From Octopus sinensis (taxonomy: Eukaryota): a stretch of DNA of 64,000 nt. A model generated the notes under the pieces. It was not told the DNA's origin. It did no database searches and saw nothing but the letters and a program-made list of their open reading frames with translations. This document shows, in pieces, positions 11,955 through 25,172 of this stretch. Each line of letters starts with the position of its first letter. Positions within the stretch are counted from its first letter, which is position 1. The DNA is taken from the NCBI RefSeq assembly GCF_006345805.1, contig NC_043003.1:66526001-66590000 (forward strand), read 5' to 3'. The position numbers and the translations under genes were made by a program.

Positions 11955-12190
11955 TATCGTAAAATATATCTGCCAACTAAATGTGGCGGTCCCATAGAGG
12001 ATGATGTTACTGTTGGTTTAGCCCCAAGAAGTGATATCCTCCAGCTGGCTAACGACACACTGTCTGTGTCCGATTAGTATTTGCGAGGAGAGGTCATCGC
12101 TCTCATCTCTTGCCCTACGTAATACACACAGACTCGGGTTTCTGGGTAGTTAGCCGTCTTCAATGTGTGATAATCATCAGCTAGTGTATA
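11955..12190 (-). mobile_element. Degenerate PLE pLTR-like repeat with hammerhead remnant (12125-12169)
   Basis: Minus strand reads CACACA TTGAAGA CGGCT[AACT]ACCCA GAAAC[CCGA]GTC TGTGTG, a 6-bp helix I with GUC triplet and three decay mutations. It ends near a TA/CA microsatellite. Confidence 0.55.
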
Positions 12191-12199
12191 CATACTTAC

Positions 12200-12330
12200 A
12201 TATGTATACATTCGCCATGCTAGACCGCTGAACTCAACACATTTTTTCTCATTCTCTGTTTATTTGCTCTTATTCCTTTTTGTCAAATAGCGTCGGCTCG
12301 AAACGTAAAAGACTTTTCATGCCTTATATC
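12200..12330 (+). mobile_element. Degenerate solo PLE pLTR (same family as the 17170-17480 tail)
   Basis: cctttt tgtcaaa tagcgtcggctc gaaacgta aaagac matches tcttt ctgttgaa gagcgtaggctc gaaacgtt aaagac at 17347. Confidence 0.6.
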
Positions 12331-12929
12331 GTAAAGATATTCCCCACATGCGTGTGTGCGTGCGCATATACACACATCACACGTATATGCATACTAGCTT
12401 ACATACATTCATACATGCGCATATAGGAACAACCTTCGCTGAACCGTAACTTACTCACTTGCTGCTTCTAATTGAAAACTTTGCCTGTGTGAGAAATTCC
12501 ATGTACTGAAATGGTATGCGGAATCCATCACCAGAAAAACAAATCTTTTCTACTATTGTTGCCACTAAATAAATTTCCTGTAAATGAACTTATAAACAAT
12601 AGTCGCGAATATCCTTAGGCAACAAACCCTGGCTTTTCAGGTTATACAATTTTCTATTCGTAAACCACACCGGAACCCACCATACCTGGTAAAAAGCACC
12701 GGACACAACTATACTTGACACGCAAACCGATGTACAACGTGGTACTACGAAACTAGTTATGGCACCACATGGAACCCCTAAGACGAAAATTTCTTGGCAG
12801 TACTAAGTATAAACTAAATTCTAATGAGGTGAAGCAACAAATTTGGCCATAAACCCTGATATTGACCGCTAAAAACTAATGATCAACTGCTAGTTCATGT
12901 AGACCACGGCGTACGTCACAAACGCGACA

Positions 12930-14570
12930 TAAAGCAAACTAAGAAGTTTATTATGCAACAACATGGTTTTGGGTTCAGTTCCACTGCGCAACACCTTGGA
13001 CAACTGTCCTCTACTATAGCTCGGCGCGACCTATGTCTAATGAGTGAATTTATTTGACGGAAACTGTGTGGAAGCCACGTATGTGTATATATGTATATAA
13101 ATGCATGTGTGTATTTGTCTTTGTGTGTTTTCCACCTCCAACCAGCACCACCACGAATTGATAACCGATGTTGGTTTGTTTATGCCTCTGTATATTAGTG
13201 GTTAAGCTAAAGACAGCATTAACACCACAAATATAACAACAACGACGACAACAACAGCAACAACAACGACGACGTCAACAACAACAACAACAACATCAAC
13301 AACACAGCAAGATATCACAGACGAAAATAAATCTCCAAAAATGATTAATGGTTGACACTTGAAAGATATTTTTCTAAACAAACTTTTTCTGGTTGTGTAG
13401 TATGATACAAACCACTGGCGTGAATTGAGGCTACAAATATTTCTCACCCTAGGGTGTAATTGATAGCACACTTTTAACCTATCAAGGGTATACATAAGAA
13501 TTTAGTTCATATTGAGTAGAAAATTAACTCGACAGCCGATATCTGAATTGTCAAAAACAGTAATATTGTGAAACATATTTTCCTTATTTATTTAAATCAA
13601 AATGAAGATATTCGTTTCGTGTCTAACATATATTTTAATAAGTATAGATTTATCCGGCAGAATTCGGAATGGTAAACATATCTGGAACATTCCATAGAAT
13701 AGAGTTACTTATGTGGGGTGGTAACCTGTGTATATTAAAAAAAACGGGGGCGGGAAGAAAATTAATTTGTTTTTTTTTTTAATCTTTTTACTTGCTTCAG
13801 TCGTTAGAGTGCTGGGGCGCCGCTTAGAAGAGTATAAATCGACTCCAGTACTTACTTTAAAGTACTAATTCTTTCGGTCTTATTCTTCCGCTCCGAGGAT
13901 GTAAACACACCAACACCGGTTTTGAAGCAGTTGTGGGGACAAATCTACACATACACGCGCAAACACATAGATAGATAAATTGATAGATAGATATGCGACG
14001 GGTCTCTTTCAGTTTCCGTCAACCAAATCTCTTACAAGGCTTTGGTCAGCCCGTTGCTGCAGTAAAAGACACGTGCCCAAGCTTTCACGCAATGCGACTG
14101 ACTAAACCCGGAACCATGTGGATGGAGAGCAAACTTTTTGCCACAGAACCACAGAATATTCAATAGAATAGTATCTCTCGTGGTGGGGATAATGTTGTGT
14201 GTGGGTGGGTGGGAGGTTGTCCTGCGAATATTGAGAAAAGGGGTAGGAAAATCGCCATGTTCAACAGTTCCTGATTTTGGTAAAAGGCCAGCACTTTTGA
14301 GGTGGCATCAAAACGATAGTGTGCAGTGCGTGGCCTAGTGGTTTGGGGTTCGTTTGCTTCTGCTTGTATCAGTGTTTATCCCCTCCCCATCGCTTGACAA
14401 CCAGTGTTGATATGTTAACGTACCCATAACGTAGCTCTTTGGCAAAAGATCCCGATATAATAAGTATCAGACTTAAAAAAAGTACCGGAGCCGATTTGTT
14501 CTACTGAAACGCCTCAAAGTGGTGCCCCAGCATGGCCGCAATCTGATGATTAAAACAACTAAAGAATAAA
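12930..14570. mobile_element. Cluster of degenerate family A SINE pieces (12930-13200 +, 13780-14140 -, 14330-14570 +)
   Basis: Matches to family A head, body and tail segments. Confidence 0.65.
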
Positions 14571-14657
14571 AGATAACGATAGTATTTTTAACGGAAGCCT
14601 GGAAACTTCTGTATTTGTCCCAAGAAAGCATTTCGTACAAACATCTTTTGTTATATG

Positions 14658-14873
14658 TACGAGAGGGTGCTGAAAACCTCCTGGTTTTGGGTAAAAGGAA
14701 ACACAGGTAGATCAGTTAAATATAATTTTATTCAGCATATTTCCCTTTCAGATTCACACACTTATTGCAACCATCCTTCGGTTCATCTAAGCTCTGTAAA
14801 AGAACTCAGAAGTTTGGGCCTCCAGCCAAGCCTTTCGTTACACCCTTAAAGCCAGTAATTTTTCAGCACCCAC
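14658..14873. mobile_element. Mariner-type MITE
   Basis: Left TIR TA-CGAGAGGGTGCTGAAAACCTCCTGG; right TIR remnant CCAGTAATTTTTCAGCACCC. Confidence 0.6.
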
Positions 14874-15035
14874 ATGGCTCTAGTAACACAGGAATGGATG
14901 GTTGAAAGTTTTCATGATCACATAAGCCCTGACATTTGGCCTCCTAATTCCCCAGATCACAATCTACTGGAATATTACATGTGGAGCGGTGTTGAGAGAG
15001 AGGTCAATGAACAAACTCATAACACCAAAAAGTAA
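14871..15035 (+). pseudogene. Tc1/mariner-superfamily transposase fragment around the third catalytic Asp
   Basis: Translates HMALVTQEWMVESFHDHISPDIWPPNSPDHNLLEYYMWSGVEREVNEQ, similar to WPPxSPDLNPLDYxxW. Confidence 0.75.
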
Positions 15036-15670
15036 CAAACCCATAACACCAAAAATAACAAACCCATAACACCAAAAATTCTTTTAAAGCTGCAATAGTC
15101 AGAATAATGTCCAAAATGAACCAGGATCACTTTTTTCGAGCAGGTAGATGATTTAGATCTCATATAGAAGCAGTTTCTGAAGGTGAAGGCGGCTTTATTG
15201 ACTAACATTAGAGAAAATATTTATTTTTCTCCTCATAGAACATTTTGATGGATAATTTATTATTTGTTATTATATGTCTTTCTTTTTTTATAAACATAAA
15301 TCTTTCCTCAAATATCTTACGCATCCTGGCGAAAGACACCTGTTTTGTCCTGTTATTAATTCTATTGTATTTGTGTAACATTCTCCGTTCATTTTCGTCC
15401 TCGTGTTCGTATACATTCGCTGCTTTCTTCCAAGGAATCTAGAGCTCTCAGCTTAGTTTATCCTTGGAGCTAGCCAGTTTGGAGCAATCTCGAGTACAAT
15501 CAGCCGAAATTGCGAAGATAATCTGGTACTCGAGCGAGGAAAGAAAACTCCGAATGACCCGTCCTTGTTTTCTTTGTATCGTCTGTCTGGATGCTTTGTT
15601 GTCCCATTTTGTATCACCTAACTGCCCGTATATTTTGCGTTCTTGTCCCATTTTGTATTATATATATATA

Positions 15671-17480
15671 ATGGGCCCCAACTATGCGAACCTGTTCGTT
15701 GGCTATGTTGAGGCCCAAATATTCTCTAATTTCACTGGTCCCACTCCTGAACTATATGGTCGTTACATTGACGACATTATCGGTGCCACCTCACTCTCCC
15801 GTGAACATCTAGATTCCTTCCTCTCTTTCGTCCAATCTTTCCATCCAGCCCTCCACTTCACTTCCACTATCTCCAACACCTCTGTCTCCTTCCTCGACAT
15901 TTCGGTTAGCATTCTTCACTCCACTCTTACCACCTCCATTCACTACAAACACACAGACTCACACTCATACCTCAACTTCTCTTCCTCCCACCCAGAACAC
16001 ACCAAGCTTTCCATCCCCTATTCTCAATTCCTCCGTCTACGTAGGCTCTGTAGTGACGACCACGACTTTGAGACTCAGTCTCAACGTATGGCTCACCACT
16101 TCACCCTACGTGGATACCCCCTCACCACTATCCACACCGCCCTTGCCAGAGCACGGTTCGTGGACCGTGTATCTGCTCTCTCTCCCCGAACCCGCCCTGT
16201 AGTCTCCCGCCTCCCTTTTCCCCTCACTTACCACCCCACGACCCTACGTCTCCAACGCACCATTCTTCGAGCTTTCCGTCATCTCCAGTCCGACCCGTCC
16301 ACTTCACACCTCTTCCCTAACCGACCCCTCCCCTCTTTCAAACGAGCCCACAACCTTCGAGACCTTTTAGTCCATAGCTCCTTCCCTGACCCTACCTCCC
16401 AACCCGGCTCGGTCCCCTACTCCCGCCCACGTTGCCGCACTTGCCCTTACCTCTCCAACACCACCCTCCTCACTAGCACCCATCATCGACCCTATCGCAT
16501 CATCAACTCCTTCACCTGCACCTCCAGCAATATTATCTATTGCGTCTCTTGCTCTCTCTCTGCCATTCCTTGTACATCGGACAAACGGGACGCCGCTTGG
16601 CTGACCGGTTCGCGGAACACCTTCGTGACATCCACCTTGCGAACGACACACCGGTCTCACGCCATTTCCGCTCCACCGGTCACTCCTTGCAACACCTGTC
16701 TGTGTTCGGTTTGTCCTTACACAGAGGCCATCCGGATTCCCGTTTGCGCCGTGAACAGGAATTAATCTTTTCTCTTCGCTCTTATACGCCATTTGGTCTC
16801 AACTCTCCCCCTCCTCATCTAACCCCCCTCTTCCCCATCCCCCTCCTCACCTACCTCCCCCCAACCCCTACTTCTCTTCAGTCCTTCATCCTTACACCCC
16901 TACTCCCCTTCCCTTCTTCCCTCTTTCTCCCTTCTTCCCTCTTTCTCCCTCCCTCCTTCCCTATTCCCTTCACTCTGCTCCCTCACTCCCCTTCTCTCTC
17001 CCCTCTCCTCTTTCTTCCTTCCTCCTCCCCTTCCTTCTCCCCCCTTCCTCCCTCCCCCTCTTCTCCTCTCTCCACACTACACCACACGACTTTACACATC
17101 ACATCATATATACATACAACGTCCAGACTTCTCATACGCAACTAATACTCTCTCATACACACACACACCACCACACCCTTATGTTGGAGTAGGTCATTCA
17201 ACCCTATTATATCCCCTAATTTCGCTCTCGCATCTCATGTTTGATCTTTGACTTCTGGCCGAAATTAGATCGCCATGTTGATTCGTTAGTTACTGCACGC
17301 ATATGTTTTTCTCTCCTTCTTTTTCTGTGTTTTTTTTCTCTGTGTATCTTTCTGTTGAAGAGCGTAGGCTCGAAACGTTAAAGACTTGTTTTATTTATAT
17401 TTCCTGAGCGCCATACTAATACAATTGTTTGTTTGTTTTCCACCTGCCTTCGTCTTTTGTCTATTTTCATAAAGCTTCCC
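15671..17480 (+). mobile_element. 5'-truncated Penelope-like retroelement (RT C-terminal half + Cys-rich linker + GIY-YIG endonuclease + pLTR tail with hammerhead motif)
   Basis: MGPNYANLFVGYVE (RT motif B'), YIDD at 15764-15775, PLE thumb SHSYLNFSSSHP...SIPYSQFLRLRRLCS, linker xSRPRCRTC, IIYCVSCSL/CHSLYIGQTGRRLADRFAEH...RRREQELIFSL...FGLN. A 2-bp TC insertion at about 16553-16560 shifts the frame. Both ends abut (TA)n. Confidence 0.92.
17347..17384 (+). ncRNA. Minimal type I hammerhead motif in the PLE pLTR, variant core CUGUUGA
   Basis: TCTTT CTGTTGA A GAGC[GTAG]GCTC GAAA C GT T AAAGA: helix I 5 bp, helix II 4 bp, loopless palindromic helix III (ACGT). Confidence 0.7.
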
Positions 17481-17490
17481 TATATATATA

Positions 17491-17568
<78 letters not shown>

Positions 17569-17624
17569 CATACATACATACATACATACATACATACATA
17601 CATACATACATACATACATAATTA

Positions 17625-18050
17625 TAATCTGAATTTTTGGAGTGCTGCAGACATTCTTCAAAACTTTTAGTTTCGGAACTTCTTCCGCCGATACAGATTC
17701 TACGCCATTTCTTTCTACCATAAAGTGTTACGGCTAACAGTATTATTAGGAACGTGTTGGATGACTTCTTGCACTCTCTTGAATCTCTTCATTTGTTTCT
17801 AGCGTCGCATTTGATTCTTTTACACCATTTATATAACATTCACATGCCGCATCATCGATCAAGATGAAAGTGGTGCATTACGAAAGACCTTTGAAGTATT
17901 TCAGTTATTCTTCCCACATGGAATTGTTAGAATCTTTTGTTGCTATGCATCGCTTCGTCTCCATTTTCATGTTTTCTCTAAGTTTTTAAGTCGTATTTTC
18001 TTTGTAAATTTTAACCAGATCTTCGTGTCTGCCTATAAGATGTATTTTTA
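17625..18050 (-). mobile_element. Highly degenerate LINE ORF2 fragment (endonuclease-RT linker region)
   Basis: Broken frames resembling MWEEYFKGL and RNGVESVSAEE..LK.LKNVC, similar to W.EYF..LLN...KNGK.PG.D...AE.LK. Confidence 0.4.
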
Positions 18051-18803
18051 TTTCGCTCAGCAAAATAACATTCACCAATTGTTTTACACTTAACCTACCA
18101 AACCACATCTATCTCGACCTAATTTTTTCTATCTCAGACATGCCCTCTACTCGCTTCCACCTGTTTTTCCTTTCTTTCGTATATATACATGGATACACAC
18201 ATATGTATACAAACACACACACACACATACTTACATATATACATACACACACACACACACGCGCTTATATATATATATTATTCAACAGATATTATCTACC
18301 AATTGCTTGTATCAAAGCTTTTTTAATTCCTTTCGCTTTTGTTTTCCCCTCACTTTCTCTCGCTCTCTTTTTTCTTTCACTCCCTCTTCCTGCTCTCTCT
18401 TACTCCCATCTATTTCTTCTGTTTTTATCTCATCTCTCTTTCTTGTACACAGACTCATCTTCACTCCTTTGTTGCCCATAGATACCAAGTATATATTTGG
18501 GAATCGTCATTTTCTTTTTAATTTTATTTCTTCTTATCGATATATAACTTTTTATTGTCTATTTTTATTGTCTGTTTTCTCTGCCTATGCTTCTTAGATT
18601 CTAAACAGGTTCTGACCTGAAACTCTTTCCTTCACACCAGATATTATAGCTATTTTTCTATTCCATTCCACAGTGGCTTGTTTTATCCTACTTTATTTCA
18701 CTAATCTTATTGAATACATTAAAAATCCGAAGCGTCTGATGGATTGCAGTAACTTTAAAATATCACAACTGCGTCTTGAATCAGCTTTAGAATATTCGTC
18801 AAA

Positions 18804-18957
18804 TATTGGGTTGTCCGGAAAGTTCGTGCCGATTTTTAAAGGAAAGAAAAAGGTCAATAAATACTTACCATTACATTTTTAATCAACCAAATATGAACCA
18901 TTTGTTGCACAATGCGTCTCCATCTTTCCTTTAACTTGAAAATGCCCTCTTCCCAGA

Positions 18958-18960
<3 letters not shown>
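18804..18960 (-). mobile_element. Mariner 3' end (TIR + transposase C-terminus), truncated at (ATT)n
   Basis: TIR TATTGGGTTGTCCGGAAAGTTCGTGCCGATTTT; minus strand gives FWEEGIFKLKERWRRIVQ/QNGSYLVD* with one frameshift. Confidence 0.7.
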
Positions 18961-18996
<36 letters not shown>

Positions 18997-19544
18997 GATG
19001 TAATACAAGGCAGTGGCTCCCGTGGCTTCTGATCTGAACTGATTGGAAGTGTTATCATTTACATTGTATTGTCTTAGTATAAATGATGGGCTACAGCAAA
19101 TATTCTGCTCAATACCACAGATTTGCTTGTCAGTTGTTTGACCTTAACCAGTTGAGCATGTCCCTTAGTGGCTGATGATATGTGCATCTCTGATCACAAG
19201 CAGAAGTAGTGGGGAAGCATCATAGCCATGTGTTGAGAAGGATTCTTTGGGGTTTGAATAATTCACCTCTGGAAACATAGGTGTTTCGTTCAGCATCCTT
19301 AAACAACCCTTATTCAGGGACCTTTTGAGCGATATGGGTTACTCGACCAGAAAAAAATTCTAACTGGGCTTCACCTACAAGGTCATGCACTGTTTATCTT
19401 AACATGAGATCAACTGTCGCACGCATATGGTTGTGATACATGTGCCTAGTGTACCCTTATCAGACGGGTAGTCATGATGAGTATACTAGGCTTCATATAT
19501 TTTACCCCGGTGTGACTTCGATGTCATGCACTACTCTCTCACTT
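18997..19544. mobile_element. ~550-bp interspersed-repeat-like insert between (ATT)n and (AAT)n tracts
   Basis: Sharply bounded complex sequence with trinucleotide TAA-type tracts on both sides; no ORF. Confidence 0.45.
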
Positions 19545-19639
19545 AATAATAATATTAATAATTACAATAATAATAATTACAATAATAATAATGGTAATAA
19601 TAATAATAAAAATTATTATTATTATTATTATTATTGTAG

Positions 19640-19690
<51 letters not shown>

Positions 19691-19703
19691 GTTGTTGTTG
19701 TTG

Positions 19704-19747
<44 letters not shown>

Positions 19748-20213
19748 GTCATTCGAAACACTAAATACACAAATCATTTAGTCTCCCAAGAAAGTATCCA
19801 CCTTGATGATTTCTTCGGAGTCGAAATCATTTGTGCGATTAAACAGCGCAGTGATTACATAAAATATAAAGTCGAATTTTCACAAACACGAAGTTGAAAC
19901 TTTTTTTGCAATGGAATTATTGTCTTCAATGGATTTCATTTTTGTTTTATTAATTTTTGTTTCTGTACAATTTTTCAGTCACATTTTACGTTCTACTTCT
20001 TTTTATTCATTTATTTATTTATTTTTTTTTGGGGTGTTAATTGATCCAATAAATATACATGTTACTTTTTTCAATATCAATTCAATCAACTCGAACAGCA
20101 ATTGGCATGTTTACGTTCTCTGCGATGCCTTGCAGCAATTTCATTTTACATGAATAGAGTTTTGATTAATACCTAAAACGAAACAAAAAAAGCTTGTGAC
20201 CCCATTATGTATA

Positions 20214-20249
<36 letters not shown>

Positions 20250-20509
20250 TTGAGTGTATATATATATGTATATAAATATGCGGTGTGCGTGTGTGTGTAT
20301 ATCCGTGTGCGTGTATAAATACATACGTACTTCATCCAAACATACGGGTATGCATACGCACATAGCCACGCAAACACATGTGCACACATATATATTATAT
20401 GGTGTGTGCAAACACAATTTTGATATGTGTTAACTGATGTTTTAGAATAACCTCAACGAGCATACACAAAAAAATTATAAGCTTTTAGAGTGAAAAAATA
20501 TTAAAAATG

Positions 20510-20558
<49 letters not shown>

Positions 20559-20764
20559 TAACAACGACAACAACAACAACAACAGGAGACACTAAAACCA
20601 AGTGATAAAACCAAGGAAACAAAATTTATTTCAGTTCTGTCCGCTGTAGTATGCAGTTTTTTTTACGATATATATATATATATTATATATATATATACAT
20701 ATATATATATATTATATATATATATATTATATATATATATATATATATGCATATATATACATAC

Positions 20765-20835
<71 letters not shown>

Positions 20836-21039
20836 TATATGTGTGTATGTATATATACTTGTTTATGTATATATAAACATATATGATATACCTATAATAT
20901 ATATGTATACATATATATAGATATATACATATATATGTATATATGTATATATATATGTGTGTATATATATATATATATTTATATCCACACACATACATAT
21001 ATATATGTTAGTCAGTTAGTTATATATATATGTATATGC

Positions 21040-21078
<39 letters not shown>

Positions 21079-21110
21079 GATAAATGTATAGACAAACACA
21101 TATATATACA
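20510..21110. repeat. (AAT)n/(AAC)n and long interrupted (TA)n microsatellite
   Basis: Direct reading of sequence. Confidence 0.95.
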
Positions 21111-21745
21111 GACTTTTATTAAGTAAGTTTGTACATTTAAGTATTTTTTTTAATTTATGAAGTATGTTCAATATGTTTTGAAACACATGTATTGGGGTGT
21201 TTTCTTTTTTTCCTCATTTAGGCAAGAAAAAAAATGGTTGCTTCGGATTTGTTTTGTTCTTTTAACTGAACGTAGAAAAAAATTTCCGAAATGTTAAAAA
21301 AATATTTTCTTGTTTATTTGAAGTGAATTTTTTTGTTAATGCAATTTGATATACCTTATTTTCATTTTGTTTTAGTTCGTTTGTTTTGACACCAATATAT
21401 TTTCATCTGTTAAGCGATACCATTTTCGCAAAAAAAAAAATGGAAAGAAATATAAAGAAAAACAAGCATCAAAGTTTCATTCTTTTTTTTTATGTAATTA
21501 TTGTTCTCGCCTCTTCGTCGTTTACTTCACTAAAATAATCTGAAATTACACGCATGCTCAAACACTCATTCACACATATACTCACAAACATATACCACAA
21601 ATGCACTCATACATATATATATATCTTTTTTTCGCGCACATGCACATATACTACTATTTCTCATTCTCTCTGCTGTCACATATTCTCACAATTCCGCTCT
21701 GTCTTTTATTACTTTCAATGCATATATATATATATATATAATATA

Positions 21746-21795
<50 letters not shown>

Positions 21796-21831
21796 ATATA
21801 TATGCATATATCTACATACATATATATATAT

Positions 21832-21873
<42 letters not shown>

Positions 21874-22026
21874 ATGCATATATATACATACATATATATA
21901 TATGTATATATAATATATATATTATATATATGTATATATATTTGTATATATATATATAGACATAGATATATATACATATACATATATATATATATATATA
22001 ACATACTTACTTATATATATATGGGA

Positions 22027-22380
22027 GTGGAGGCTCAATGGCCCAGTTGTTAGGGCAGCGGACTCGCGGTCTTAGGACCAGGCGTTGTGAGCGTTTATTG
22101 GGCGAAAACACCTAAAAGCTTCACGAAGTTCCGGCAGGGGGTAGTGGCGAACCCTGCTGTACTCTTTCACCACAAATTTCTCTCACTCTTTCTTCTTTTT
22201 TCTGTTCTAGATATATTTGAAAGCACCAGCCTTGCTACACTCTGTGCCACGCTGAATCTACCCGAGAAATACGTTAAGTGTACACTTGTCCGTGGAGTGC
22301 TCAACCACTTTCACGAGCAGTCTGTTCTGCTAATCGGATCAACTGGAACCCTCGTCGTCGTAACCGGCGGAGTGTCAAGA
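22027..22380 (+). mobile_element. tRNA-derived SINE, family C
   Basis: GTGGAGGCTCAATGGCCCAGTTGTTAGGGCAGCGGACTCGCGG head; tail GGATCAACTGGAACCCTCGTCGTCGTAACCGGCGGAGTG before (TA)n. Confidence 0.7.
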
Positions 22381-22396
22381 TATATATATATATATG

Positions 22397-22445
<49 letters not shown>

Positions 22446-24237
22446 GTGCGTGTGTATGTATCTATATAGAAATACATATTTTGTGTGCAACGTATACATA
22501 TATAATTGATTTATGTTTTCAATTTTGTTTTATTAAAGAAAGCGAAGTCAAATCAATGTTACGTACGTTTCCGCGAACGAACGTTATTTATTTCATATTA
22601 CATACGTAGTCATGCTATTCATGCAATCAATGCCATATAATTAGCGTTCGTACACTTCTTCAGACATGTTATTTTATTAATGTTTGCGTGTGCGCCAGTG
22701 TGTGTGTGTGCGCGCGCGCAGGCACGCACGTATGTGTGTTGGTAATTGTATATATGTGGGTGTGTATGTTATCCAATATGGATGGATAGACGAATCTGTA
22801 TTCACATAAACACAGATATTTATACCATTATGAATACGAAGATTATCATTCTTTATGTTCTCACCAGTAATGGTTTCAACGTAGATTATACATAATAGCG
22901 TTTGTACAACTTGCAGATCTATGGGGAGTGTTTCGTTTGCTAAAGAGGCATTACTGTGTAATATGCATACCTTCATACATGCATGCATAAATATATATAT
23001 ACGTATACATATATTACATATATGCATAAAAAACACAAGCATATGTATTGTAAGTACCTATAAAATTATGTATATGTGCGTATATATATATATTATATCT
23101 CTTCTCATTTTGTCTAATATAAATATGTATATATATATGCATGCACAGTCACATGTATACAAGCATATACACACATACACATATATATTTATATTCATAT
23201 ATACACAGACATATGTATTACGTCTATATACGTACATATATGCACAGACACACACACACATATATATATATATCAATACGCACATATTTGTGATATGTGT
23301 GCGCGAGCGTGTGTGTGTGTGTTTATGTGCATGGATGTCGATGATTATGTGAGCGTATATATCATGGATGTTTGCGTATGTGTATGTATTAACACGCAGT
23401 TATTTTTATAATATCTTGGTTGAGCTTAACATGAAAGACTTCTAAATCTACGGTACTTAAGTTCCATTTAATATTTTGCCTGAAGACTCTAATCACGTAG
23501 TACTTGTTTACTATTCTGTGTAACATCTAATAAGTTTGCAATATATATATATATATATATATATATGTTTATTAATACAGGTATGTATGTATATATCTAC
23601 CTATCTATCTATCTGTCTATCTATCTATCTATTTATCTATCTATTTGCAATTATGGGATTTCACTGCATGGCATCTTCGGCGAGTGTCTTTTCTCTTAAC
23701 GGCTGTTCTATTGTCATTGGAATTCTAAGGGCCAGCCTGCTCACAATTCGTTACAATGAAATTTTTCTTATTGGTGTACCTGTCGACGTACTATTGAATC
23801 AACTCAGCGTGATTGAATTCAATATGAATTAAATAAAAGACTGTCAAATAAAAAGGGTTCTGCCGTTAGCGTCTGTTGATATGAGTGACTGTTATGCGTC
23901 CACAAAACTTTCAAGGATGCGGAATGAGTGAAATATATATTAAGACTATGTAAATCCTACGATCCTAGTACTAACTTTTTAAAGCCCGGTACTTAATCTA
24001 TGAATCGCTTTGGCCGAACCGCTAGGTTGCGAGGAAGTAAGCAAACCAACACCGGTTACTAAGCAGCGATGGGCCAGCCACAAACACACATACGCATACG
24101 TAAATATATGTATGCACACACATTCGTATCAGGCAAATCCCTTCACAAGGCTTTGGCTGCCTCGTAGGCTATAGCTGAAAATACTTGCTGTGAAGGAAGC
24201 TTCCTATTACCACACAGCCATGTCTGCGTGCACGCAT

Positions 24238-24287
<50 letters not shown>

Positions 24288-24406
24288 TTATATAATTTTT
24301 GATATATGTGAATATCAAGTGAAATACGCAAATTGACATATTCGGGATTCACCATGTATTACTAAACACGATTAGGAACGTAGTAGTAGTTGTAGTAGTA
24401 GTGGTT

Positions 24407-24468
<62 letters not shown>

Positions 24469-24611
24469 CACTTGTTGACGCGATATATTACTATGAATAC
24501 TGCGCAAAAATATGTCGTTTTTTGACGTGCCTTAATTAATCATAGTAATTAACTCGTCTATAATAATAATAATAATAATAATAATTATTATTATTATTGT
24601 TATTATTATCA

Positions 24612-24680
<69 letters not shown>

Positions 24681-25017
24681 CCTCATCATTATTATTATTA
24701 TACCAACAGGGTTCATTAAATTGTAATTGGTGTTATTTAGGTTAATACAATCTCATCCGTATTGCTGTGTAAAACATTTAAAAATTAACTTGATATTTTA
24801 AGTGTTTATTTTAGAAATCCTCAGCATTTTGCCTACGTGTGCATATAAATATATATATGCATATGTGTGTGTGCGTGTTCATATATGTGTGACTGCTTGC
24901 GTATACGCATGTATATATATATATATGTGGATTCGTGAATGTTTGTGTTTACCAGTGCATATGTAGTATATGCATACAAGGAAATTGCCTTACAGCCCAT
25001 CCAGATCATACTTACTT

Positions 25018-25084
<67 letters not shown>

Positions 25085-25092
25085 CATATATA

Positions 25093-25129
<37 letters not shown>

Positions 25130-25132
25130 GTT

Positions 25133-25172
<40 letters not shown>

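Noticed and set aside
15464-15670. N-terminal 69 codons of the 433-aa ORF as part of the PLE protein
   Set aside because: They lie upstream of the (TA)n junction and lack RT motifs; chance read-through from an adjacent repeat.
16367-16792. 141-aa minus-strand ORF
   Set aside because: Antisense shadow of the C-rich PLE coding strand.
19170-19210. CTGATGA in the (ATT)n-bounded element (likewise at ~30860 in the MITE loop)
   Set aside because: No downstream GAAA or cleavage-site geometry.
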